Origin: Chloroflexota bacterium
GTDB taxonomy: Bacteria > Chloroflexota > UBA11872 > VXOZ01
Direction of reading: 5' to 3'
Length of the DNA stretch: 64,000 bases
NCBI GenBank assembly: GCA_965221905.1
Contig: OZ244922.1
Span: forward strand, 2,400,001-2,464,000
Shown: in pieces, positions 55,481-64,000 of the stretch
How positions within the stretch are numbered: position 1 is the stretch's first letter
Layout: each line of letters begins with the position of its first letter
Made by a program: the position numbers and the translations under genes
Notes under the pieces: model-generated
Told to the model about the DNA's origin: nothing
The model's input: only the letters and a program-made list of their open reading frames with translations
Databases searched by the model: none

Positions 55481-56488
55481 GTGAACGTACATGAATTGGC
55501 GAATGCAGGGAAGAATGGCGCCGGCCAGGATACCAGCCTGCGTGATTACATTCTCGAAGAGTTCATAGAAGACTATCAAGAAGGTGAGATCAATCGGCGG
55601 GAAGCGCTCCAGCGCATCGCCGCGATCACGGGCAGCGTTGCCATTGCTAGTGCCATCTTGGCCGCATGCGCCACGCCGGACGAACAAGCAGCCTCGCCGG
55701 AGACCGCCGGCGAATCCTCCGCTCAACCGGCTTCGCCCACTGCCGAAGTGCAGTCCGCCACAGAAAGCGCGCCGGGGATGACCGTTTCTCCAGATGACCC
55801 TGACATCGAGGCGAACGAAGTAGAAGTGCCCGGAGATGGCGTGGCGCTGATGGGCTACGTAGCCAAGCCAAGCGGGGACGGGCCGTTCCCCGCCGTGTTG
55901 ATCTGCCACGAGAATCGCGGCTTGAATGAACATATCCGGGACGTTGCGCGACGCTTTGCGAGGGCGGGCTACGTGGGGTTGGCGCTCGACATGCTATCCC
56001 GGCAAGGCGGCAGGGATGCAGCAGGCGGGCCATCCCAAGCGCCGGGACTGCTCAGCAACATTCCGCCGCAGCAGTTCGTGGATGACTTCAAGGCCGGACT
56101 GCTCTTCCTTCAATCTCAGGCATTTGTGGCCCCGGGCCGCTTCGGCATGACAGGCTTCTGCTTTGGCGGCGGCGTGACCTGGCGCTGCGCTACGCAAATC
56201 TCAGAACTGAGAGCGGCCGTGCCTTTCTACGGGCCAAACCCGCCCTTAGCGGACGTGCCAAACATTCAGGCCGCCGTCCTCGCCATCTACGCGGAGCAAG
56301 ACCAACGCATCAATGCGGGCATTTCGGCAATCGAGACAGCCATGCAAGAAAACAATAAGACGTTCGAGAAGATCATCTATCCCAATGCCAACCACGCGTT
56401 CCACAACGACACCGGGTCACGGTATGTCGAAGAAGCCGCGAAGGACGCATGGCAACAGACCTTGGCCTGGTTTGCAGAGCATCTTTAG
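55481..56488 (+). CDS. Dienelactone hydrolase family protein with Tat/lipoprotein-like signal
   Basis: NRREAL...ILAAC, HENRGL, GFCFGG, HAFHND; GGAGG SD before GTG. Confidence 0.9.
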   Translation: MNVHELANAGKNGAGQDTSLRDYILEEFIEDYQEGEINRREALQRIAAITGSVAIASAILAACATPDEQAASPETAGESSAQPASPTAEVQSATESAPGMTVSPDDPDIEANEVEVPGDGVALMGYVAKPSGDGPFPAVLICHENRGLNEHIRDVARRFARAGYVGLALDMLSRQGGRDAAGGPSQAPGLLSNIPPQQFVDDFKAGLLFLQSQAFVAPGRFGMTGFCFGGGVTWRCATQISELRAAVPFYGPNPPLADVPNIQAAVLAIYAEQDQRINAGISAIETAMQENNKTFEKIIYPNANHAFHNDTGSRYVEEAAKDAWQQTLAWFAEHL

Positions 56489-56562
56489 CTCTAGCCGCCC
56501 GACGGTCAACACATGAGAATCTCTTGCCACAGACGCTGACCTGGAGTTGCCGTCAAAACAAG

Positions 56563-56590
56563 AGGAGCCGCCCCAATTGGGGCGGCTCCT
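56563..56590 (-). terminator. Intrinsic terminator between convergent genes
   Basis: Perfect palindrome AGGAGCCGCCCC-AATT-GGGGCGGCTCCT followed by U-rich run on the minus strand. Confidence 0.7.
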
Positions 56591-56641
56591 TCATGATCAG
56601 CCACTTGCGATATGCAAGACCGGATTGGGAATAAACTGCGG

Positions 56642-58075
56642 CTACTTCGCCGATTCTTCCGCCAAAATGGCCTCCAGAATGGGCTTGACGTTCTTCAAGC
56701 CGTCGGCAGGCGCCACTTTACCGGTAATCATCTCGCCCCACAGCGGTCTGACCGCTTCCTCCATCATGCGCGGCCACGCCGAGGTGACGAGCGCGGGATC
56801 GCCGCCGTTGCCACCGAGCGGGAGCGAGTTGACAAAGGCGTCAACGCGCACACCCGGGCGTTCTTGATACAGATCACGCAGGAACTTCTCAGCGCCCTCG
56901 AGCCGTGCCGGGATATTGCTGGTAAGCAGCGCCCACCGGTCCTCGGGAATATGGAACTTGACAAACTCCCAGGCCAGATCGGTTGCCTTCGACTGCGTGC
57001 CAACCCCATAGCCCCAAATCTTGAACTCAGGCAAAGAGACTGCGGCATTCGGGAAAGGCGTAAACGCCCAGTCGATATCCGTCGTGTCACGGTACTTGCC
57101 AAGCTGCCAGGACCCCATCTTGATCACGCCGGTCTTACCGAGCGTAAAGTGGGTGAAACCGCGCTGCGGCTCCCCAAGGTTCTCATTGGCCTCATCCCGC
57201 GAGGGCCAGACCCTGTCCTGGAGTTGGAGAGCAATATAGGACTCGTACGCCTCAATCACTTCCGGCGAATCGCAGGTGATTGACTGGAAGTCATCCGAAA
57301 TCCAGGCGCCCTCCCAGAGCATGGGGGTATTGGGATAGTAATTGATGCCGACGCGGTCCAGGCCGTACTGGGTGTACTTGCCACCGGACTCCTTGGTCAG
57401 CTTCTGCATAGTGTCGCGGAACTCGTCCCACGTCCACGAATTGTTCCAATCCTCCGAGGGTTCATCGACGCCGGCATCGGTAAACAGCGTGCGGTTATAG
57501 AGCAGCGCGATCGCCTCACCGTGATGGTACGTGGTCAGGCCGTAGATATTGCCCTCGAATGAGGAAAATGTCGTGCGGCCGTCCCTGGCAAACTGCGTCA
57601 TGTCGTAATTGTCGCGCTTGATAAGATCATCAAGCGGCGTAACGAGGCCGTTGCGCACGTACAACGGCGGCGCAAGGGTCATGAAAACGTCAGCCAAGAC
57701 ACCTCCGGCCAACATCGTTGTAAGTTCAAGGCCCTGCGAGACCAGACCACCCGGAGCGACCAGAAGCTCCACGGTAGCGCCCGGATTGGCCTCGGCAAAC
57801 GGCTCGAACATCACGCTTTCCACGTTCCCCTGGTCTCGATCCGAGAACCAGGAGTAGTAACGCAGCGTAACCTCCTCAGCCACGGGGGCCGCTTCCGCCT
57901 GCTTTTCCTCCTTCATCTCCTCTTTGGCTTCGGGTTCCGCCATTGTCGTTGTGGTCCCCGTGCCGCAGGCCGCTAAGATAGTGACGCCCAAGCCACCAAT
58001 TCCAACACTCGCCAGCAAACGCCGACGCGACAATCCAGTCACGCCACGTTCTTCTTGCTCAATCTTCATTGCCAC
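56642..58075 (-). CDS. ABC sugar-type extracellular solute-binding lipoprotein (orphan)
   Basis: Tat SRRRLL plus lipobox LAACG; LYNRTLF..AG, WTWDEF, AWEFVKF. Confidence 0.88.
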   Translation of the reverse strand: MAMKIEQEERGVTGLSRRRLLASVGIGGLGVTILAACGTGTTTTMAEPEAKEEMKEEKQAEAAPVAEEVTLRYYSWFSDRDQGNVESVMFEPFAEANPGATVELLVAPGGLVSQGLELTTMLAGGVLADVFMTLAPPLYVRNGLVTPLDDLIKRDNYDMTQFARDGRTTFSSFEGNIYGLTTYHHGEAIALLYNRTLFTDAGVDEPSEDWNNSWTWDEFRDTMQKLTKESGGKYTQYGLDRVGINYYPNTPMLWEGAWISDDFQSITCDSPEVIEAYESYIALQLQDRVWPSRDEANENLGEPQRGFTHFTLGKTGVIKMGSWQLGKYRDTTDIDWAFTPFPNAAVSLPEFKIWGYGVGTQSKATDLAWEFVKFHIPEDRWALLTSNIPARLEGAEKFLRDLYQERPGVRVDAFVNSLPLGGNGGDPALVTSAWPRMMEEAVRPLWGEMITGKVAPADGLKNVKPILEAILAEESAK

Positions 58076-58370
58076 TGTCTCCTTGAAAGCAAATGCCTAC
58101 TACACAACAATCTTGAGCTACACTAGTAGCCCTAGTGTCCTTATATTACTTCCTCTGCCCGGCACCGTCAAGTAGACTCCGTACGGCTGATCCCCTCTTG
58201 CTGCACGCACATTTTCTGATTGACAGTCTGGAGGATTAAAGTCTTAACCCCTGTCGTGCAGAGTGAGCCAAAGCAGCGTTCGTGTTGCGCTCTTTGTACG
58301 GTTTTCGCTGTGTCTCTTTATGCGCCTTTACAGAACCAGACATACCATCTGAGCCGAGCCCTTTGTACCA

Positions 58371-58520
58371 TTCGCGCTGAGCCCGTCTTGCCGTTCGCCC
58401 TGAGCCTGTCTTGCCGTTCGCGCTGAGCCTGTCGAAGCGCAGAGAGCAGATTTCGTCCGCAAAGTAACCGGGAGAAGCGCCGGCTTTCAGCCCGTCAATC
58501 CGGCAAAAGCCGGAATCCAG
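58371..58520. repeat. Three 23-nt tandem repeats plus a REP-like palindrome
   Basis: TTCGC(G/C)CTGAGCC(C/T)GTC-TTGCCG units at 58371, 58394 and 58417; GTCAATCCGGCAAAAGCCGGAATCCAG at 58494-58520. Confidence 0.75.
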
Positions 58521-58632
58521 ATACTGGAGGCTCCACATTTCTGCTAAGAGGAGTGCCTAGTCCATACCGCTGAAGACGGCGGCAATGCAAGTAAGCCTAT
58601 CGCAAGTGGGTCCGCAGCGCGAATGAATCGCC

Positions 58633-59439
58633 CTAATCGCCACCTTCTCGCGAGGATTCCGCCGCATGCTCGTGCATTGCGATCATAAGACCGGCGAGAG
58701 AGATTATGTCGAGCACATTGTGGTGAAACACGGCCTCGAGGGACGCGATCTCTCCGGAATCCAGATAATCCAAATAGAGGCCCGGCACTTCGCTAGAGGG
58801 TACATCGCCCTGCCGCTTCACGTCGAGAATGTATCTTTCGAGCGTCTGGAGGCGGCAATTGGGAAGCTGCCGTTGCCAGAGGCGCCGCGCGCCGTATATC
58901 AAATCGCAATGCAGAATATTCCGTAGGTCTACCTGGATGTCGTGGGCTTTCATGCGTGCGCGCAGCAACGGCAGATCAAAGCTAACGCCGTTAAAGGTGG
59001 TCATTGTCGGCCACTGGGGGAGAGTCTCCGCAATTGCCTGCAACATGGCAGCTTCTTCATCCGGGCTACGAATGAAGTGCTGCTCTACAACGAAGGCATC
59101 ATCCTCTAGGTACCCCACTCCCACCAGAAAGACGTACGTCCCCGGCCCGCCCAAGCCGGTAGTCTCCGTATCCAGATAGAGCATGCGCCGCACGTCCGGC
59201 GGGCTGCTGTCTCCGGTCTCGCCGCTAGCACTTTGGCTCTTCGGCGCCCCGTCGTCAGGAGACTTCGTTTCTCCACGACGATACGAACGGATCTTGCGCG
59301 CACCTGCCGTACGCACCACCTGCGCCGCATCAACGTCCAACACCTGCTGCAGCACGTGCCTGCCATGCTGATGCATAAGAGGATAAACCACGCGACGAAC
59401 CAAATGGGCGCCATGCGAAATATCGTGTACTTGCCACAT
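58633..59439 (-). CDS. RNase H-like (YprB-type DEDD) domain protein
   Basis: YLDTETTGL, TFNGVSFDLP, LQTLE, HNVLDI; start uncertain. Confidence 0.85.
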   Translation of the reverse strand: MWQVHDISHGAHLVRRVVYPLMHQHGRHVLQQVLDVDAAQVVRTAGARKIRSYRRGETKSPDDGAPKSQSASGETGDSSPPDVRRMLYLDTETTGLGGPGTYVFLVGVGYLEDDAFVVEQHFIRSPDEEAAMLQAIAETLPQWPTMTTFNGVSFDLPLLRARMKAHDIQVDLRNILHCDLIYGARRLWQRQLPNCRLQTLERYILDVKRQGDVPSSEVPGLYLDYLDSGEIASLEAVFHHNVLDIISLAGLMIAMHEHAAESSREGGD

Positions 59440-59598
59440 CTTATCCGGTGTCCCTAATCCAATTGAGGGCCGTGCAAGACCTTAAGCCACGTTTGGAAGT
59501 GCAATTCTGTGGAGGCCGATGTTTCGTGAAAGGCATGCCTGGCACGGAATAGAGAATTTCAATCTGTCTGCAATTGGCGTCACTTTGCTTACGTGCAT

Positions 59599-59805
59599 TT
59601 AAACCTCGACCAAGACGGTTGACGCCTGCGGTTCTGGTATTGATATTCCTTCCTCCCGCATGCCTTCCAGGTGGAAGGCGATCGCCCCCTGAATGTTTTG
59701 GATGACTTGCTCTAGTGTATCGCCGGTAGCCACGCAGCCAGGCAGATCCGGCACATACGCAGAATAGTTCTGCGGTGTCTTTTCAATTACCACAGCATAC
59801 TTCAT
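59599..59805 (-). CDS. HicB-family antitoxin (short form)
   Basis: YAVVIEK..NYSAYVPDLPGCVATGDT...AIAFHLEG. Confidence 0.88.
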   Translation of the reverse strand: MKYAVVIEKTPQNYSAYVPDLPGCVATGDTLEQVIQNIQGAIAFHLEGMREEGISIPEPQASTVLVEV

Positions 59806-59880
59806 CGCTTATCCTATCTGCCCGTTGTCCCAGCCGCCGCGTCAGCAGTGCGGTTAGTTTGCCTTGTAGTAGTCAATACA

Positions 59881-60372
59881 CTAGATTGCTTCGTACGCTT
59901 TGCGACTGCCTTTGCCATTCGAACGAAGACGCCGCTGTTTGACCAGAGAGTCAATGGCTGCTTTGACCGTGGGCTCGCCGTGGCGGCGAAACTTACCGCA
60001 GACTTTACTTAGCGAGCGGGGGCGCTCACAGTAGGCCAACACCTCTTCCGCCAGCAACTCGTGCGTGACTGGGAGCGGTGCGATCGGCCGCACCACAGTG
60101 TGGCCGAGATTGGAGTCTACATACTCGCCCGGAGTGAACTCCAAGCGCCCCTGGCCCGCCTGTTCTGCCAAGAAGCTTTGCAGACGCTTCCGCAACACGC
60201 CGCCGGTTCCAGCCGAACCGTAGCCGTGGATCACGTCCACCGCGGCGGCTGCACCGCCGCCGGCGCCTTGAAGCCAATCGTTATAGAATTCGATGAAGTT
60301 ATGCAGGGCTTCCTGCCAGGTTTGTTCGTGAAGGTCCAACTCATGAGCAGACCGAACGTCATGGATAGTCAT
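59881..60372 (-). CDS. Smr (small MutS-related) domain protein
   Basis: ELDLH, VIHGYGS..GGVLR, N.G.T; short C-terminal extension. Confidence 0.8.
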   Translation of the reverse strand: MTIHDVRSAHELDLHEQTWQEALHNFIEFYNDWLQGAGGGAAAAVDVIHGYGSAGTGGVLRKRLQSFLAEQAGQGRLEFTPGEYVDSNLGHTVVRPIAPLPVTHELLAEEVLAYCERPRSLSKVCGKFRRHGEPTVKAAIDSLVKQRRLRSNGKGSRKAYEAI

Positions 60373-60438
60373 TGGAGATCGTGTATTCACATAAGAATGC
60401 AAGTTGCGCCGGTGTCATCTATGCGGAGATTCAAAAAT

Positions 60439-60557
60439 CCTTGGGCAACGGCCTATTTTCCCACACAGTCGCCCGTGCAGTATCGTCGGTGCTGAGGGGC
60501 TTAACTACCGTGTTCGGGATGGGAACGGGTGTACCCCCCTCGCCTTGTCACCCAAGG
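60439..60557 (-). rRNA. rrf: 5S rRNA
   Basis: Reverse complement contains ACACCCGTTCCCATCCCGAACACGG..GTTAAG and GATACT...GTGGGAAAATAGG; terminal helix CCTTGGG/CCCAAGG. Confidence 0.95.
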
Positions 60558-60937
60558 AATTCTTGACAGAGTTATTAGAAACGTGCCGTGCGTGTGATGC
60601 CACCCAACGAAAGATGGCAGCCGCACGTCAAGAGACGACGCGTTATGTCAATGTGCAGTAGTGAACGATGCGCAATACTTTAATGGGAACGTCTGGCGAA
60701 CAAACCCGCCATGACTATCCCGACCGGAGTGATAGAATTCTCGCGCTTGGAGAATACATCACAGATTACAGAACTCCAAATTTGCCAATTAGAAGCGCGG
60801 TTAAGTCCTCGACCATTAGTACCGCTCGGCTGAACGCGTTACCGCGCTTACACCTGCGGCCTATCAACCAGATAATCTCTCTGGGGTCTTACCTCTCGCC
60901 GCAATGCAGCGAGAGTGGGGAACCTAATCTTAAGGCT

Positions 60938-60970
<33 letters not shown>

Positions 60971-61028
60971 ATTCCGAACGTAGCTACCCAGCGATGCCTC
61001 TGGCGAGACAACTGGTACACCAGCGGTT

Positions 61029-61060
<32 letters not shown>

Positions 61061-61088
61061 CTCCTCTCAAGTTCCCTGCGCCTGCGGA

Positions 61089-61135
<47 letters not shown>

Positions 61136-61138
61136 GCG

Positions 61139-61173
<35 letters not shown>

Positions 61174-61249
61174 GCTCCAGCCCCAGGATGCGCTGAGCCG
61201 ACATCGAGGTGCCAAGCCTCCCCGTCGCTATGAACGCTTGGGGGAGATA

Positions 61250-61280
<31 letters not shown>

Positions 61281-61442
61281 ATAATCCACGGCCCTTCCAC
61301 TCGGAACCGTAGGGTCACTAAGCCCGACTTTCGTCCCTGCTCGACGTGTATGTCTCGCAGTCAAGCTCCCTTGTGCCTTTACACGCTGAGGCTGATTTCC
61401 ATCCAGCCTGAGGGAACCTTTGGGCGCCTCCGTTATCTTTTG

Positions 61443-61478
<36 letters not shown>

Positions 61479-61736
61479 CTGTCCCCCCCCCGGATTACGG
61501 CAGGGGGTTAGAATAAGGATCGTAGAAGGGTGGTATTTCACGATTGCCTCCCCAATCCCCAAAAGGAAAGGTTCATAGGCTCCCACCTATACTACGCATC
61601 GACGGCCCCGATCCAATGCCAAGTTGCAGTAAAGCTCCACGGGGTCTTTTTGTCCTTCCGCAGGTAACCAGCATCTTCACTGGTACTTCAATTTCGCCGG
61701 GTCCCCTGCTGAGACAGTGCCCAACTCGTTACGCCA

Positions 61737-61775
<39 letters not shown>

Positions 61776-62413
61776 CGGTTCATCCCACTCTGTTTCCAGA
61801 GGGGCCGGACTTTCTCTTCACTCATCCTATGTTCCTTTGTTCGGTGATGGCGCGGATCTCTGCAATGCCCTCCGTCGTGAGGTGTAACCCTCGCTCCATG
61901 AGCAACAATATGCGTCGAAACTTGATGAAGTCCACACGCTTCTTGGAACGCAGTTCGTGCTTCTCGAAGAACGGTAGGACCCGTTCCATGAGGTGCTCTA
62001 CACTGCGCACCCGATAGCACATGTGGTCTCCATGGTCTTGCCGTACAACCCCGCACCTGAAGAATTTCTTCAGTGCATAGAGTAGTTGCACGTCACGCTC
62101 ATGCTGCACCACAGTGAATTCAGGCAATACCTGAAATCCAGAGATCATCTCTTGATGCGGATTGATATCGACGAGGAAGTTACCTTCTCCATCCACAAAT
62201 CCGCAGATCCATTGCGCCGTCAACCGTTGGGACGAGGCCGGACGTAAAGTCTCTGAGGGTTCTCTCGAGTCTATCATGTGAGAGTCTTCCCTGCGGATTG
62301 TCCCCATGTCCATGCGGCTTTTTACTGCTTGCACGAGTGCAAACGAGTACCGAATGGCTGTGCGAGGAGTTTCCCGCATATGGTCCAGTTTTACTAAGGC
62401 TCGCGAATTTTGA
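61776..62413 (-). mobile_element. Group I intron in 23S rRNA at E. coli position 1931
   Basis: Splits CCTAAGGT^AGCGAAA; IGS GCCTTAG forms P1 with U:G; Q AATCCGCAGG, R TCAGAGACT, S AAGAGAAAGTCC, P9 CTCTG-GAAA-CAGAG, terminal G. Confidence 0.95.
61822..62277 (-). CDS. Single-motif LAGLIDADG homing endonuclease (intron-encoded)
   Basis: WICGFVDGEGNF, FTVVQ, FFRCG, PFFEKHELRSKK; start codon uncertain. Confidence 0.92.
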   Translation of the reverse strand: MIDSREPSETLRPASSQRLTAQWICGFVDGEGNFLVDINPHQEMISGFQVLPEFTVVQHERDVQLLYALKKFFRCGVVRQDHGDHMCYRVRSVEHLMERVLPFFEKHELRSKKRVDFIKFRRILLLMERGLHLTTEGIAEIRAITEQRNIG

Positions 62414-63960
62414 ACCTTAGGACGGTTATAGTTACCGCCGCCGTTCACCGGGGCTTCCCGTCGGGGCGTGAACCCCTCTAGTTAACCTTCCGGCACCGGG
62501 CAGGCGTCAGCCCCCATACATCAGCTTTCGCTTTCGCGGAGACCTGTGTTTTTGTTAAACAGTCGGTTGGGCCGATTTAGTGTCACCGCAACTCGCTTCC
62601 CAGCGCAAGGCTGGTGCACGCGTCGCGGTACCCCTTCTCCCGAAGTTACGGGGTTAATTTGCCGAGTTCCTTAGCAGAGGGTCTCCCGCTCACCTTGGGA
62701 CTATTACCCCCGCCCACCAGTGTCGGTTTGCGGTACGGGCGCCCATATTCTAGCTAGAGGCTTTTCTTGCAGGCTGGGCTCAAAAGAATTGCCGTTGACT
62801 TGCGTCGCGGACTCTCCATCGCTTCTCGGCGTTTGGAATAGAGCAACGGATTTACCTGTCGCTCCCGCCTACCAGCTTGGACGTGTATAGCCAAGAACAC
62901 GCTCTTCCTACCCTGCCCGGTCCCCCCTTCGCTCATAACGAACCTGGGCGGTTCCGGAATATCAACCGGATGTCCATCGCCTACGCCATAATGGCCTCGG
63001 CTTAGGCCCGACTAACCCTCAGAGGACGAACCTTCCTGAGGAAACCTTGGGCTTACGGTGAGCCGGATTCTCACCGGCTAACGCTACTCATGCCGACATT
63101 CGCACTTCCCTGCGCTCCACCCGTCCTTTCGGTCGAGCTTCACGGCCCAGGGAACGCTCCCCTACCCAGCGGTGGCTCCCGAAGGAGCACCACTGCCCTA
63201 GCTTCGGTACCAGACTTGAGCCCCGTTAAATTTTCGGCGCCAGACGGCTTGACCAGTGAGCTGTTACGCACTCTTTAAAGGATGGCTGCTTCCAAGCCAA
63301 CCTCCTGGCTGTCCGGGCTATCCGACATCCTTTCCCACTTAGTCTGAATTTAGGGACCTTAGCTGAGGGTCTGGGTTGTTTCCCTCTTGACGATGAAGAT
63401 TATCCCCCACCGTCCCACTCCCAGGTAACATGTATACGGCATTCGGAGTTTGGTTGGGTTTGGTAACCGTTTTGGCCCCTAGCCCATCCAGTGCTCTACC
63501 TCCGCAACACTCTAACCTGAGGCTGCACCGCAATGCATTTCGGGGAGAACCAGCTATATCTGAGTTCGATTGGCATTTCACCTCTAACCACAGCTCATCC
63601 CCCAGTTTTGTAACACTGGTGGGTTCGGGCTTCCACGAGATATTACTCTCTCTTCACCCTGGCCATGGCTAGCTCACTCAGTTTCGGGTCTACTCCACGC
63701 GACTAAATCGCCCTGTTAGGACTCGCTTTCGCTACGGCTCCGGCCCTCCGACCTTAGCCTTGCCACGCATAGTAACTCGTCGGCTCATTCTCCAAAAGGC
63801 ACGCCATCAGGCATTCCGTCCTATAATGCGGGCATAGCGTCCCCGTGCGCCGCACCTTCCGAAGAAAATGCATTGCGCGGGCACGCCGTCCCAGCAAGAC
63901 GGCATAGCCCTCTGACTGCTTGTAAGCGTACGATTTCAGGTTCTATTTCACTCCCCTCCC

Positions 63961-63991
<31 letters not shown>

Positions 63992-64000
63992 CGTTCACTA

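Noticed and set aside
58371-58440. Possible CRISPR array
   Set aside because: Units are directly tandem with no unique spacers, and there are no cas genes in the window.
61636-61660. 23S A2057 (with U2611) as an acquired macrolide-resistance change
   Set aside because: A2058 and A2059 are intact and the A2057-U2611 pair is a natural polymorphism in several phyla.

Overview
Bacterial chromosome segment. The 16S signatures and the Tat-lipoprotein solute-binding protein suggest Chloroflexota; this is an inference. 1.8-23.5 kb is a contiguous str-S10-spc-alpha ribosomal superoperon (rpsL to rplQ, then truA, rplM, rpsI). It is followed by scpAB, the rpsP-khpA-rimM-trmD-rplS-rnhB-yraN cluster, two apparently catalytically dead enzymes and sfsA. 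A 16S rRNA with tRNA-Ile and tRNA-Ala lies on the + strand with no linked 23S. The 23S-5S genes sit about 22 kb away on the opposite strand, and the 23S carries a group I intron (L1931) with a LAGLIDADG homing endonuclease and an enlarged helix 25. Between the two rRNA blocks is an accessory region. It opens with a ~4 kb segment bracketed by tRNA-Ala and a decayed tRNA-Ala copy. That segment encodes an ABC-type ATPase plus a putative PD-(D/E)xK nuclease, and a MetE-like zinc enzyme whose metal-ligand Cys codon is an in-frame UGA followed by a SECIS-like hairpin. This candidate selenoprotein is the top finding. Other notable signals are a compensated rewrite of the 16S 338/341 primer site and a probable AUA start codon for truA.
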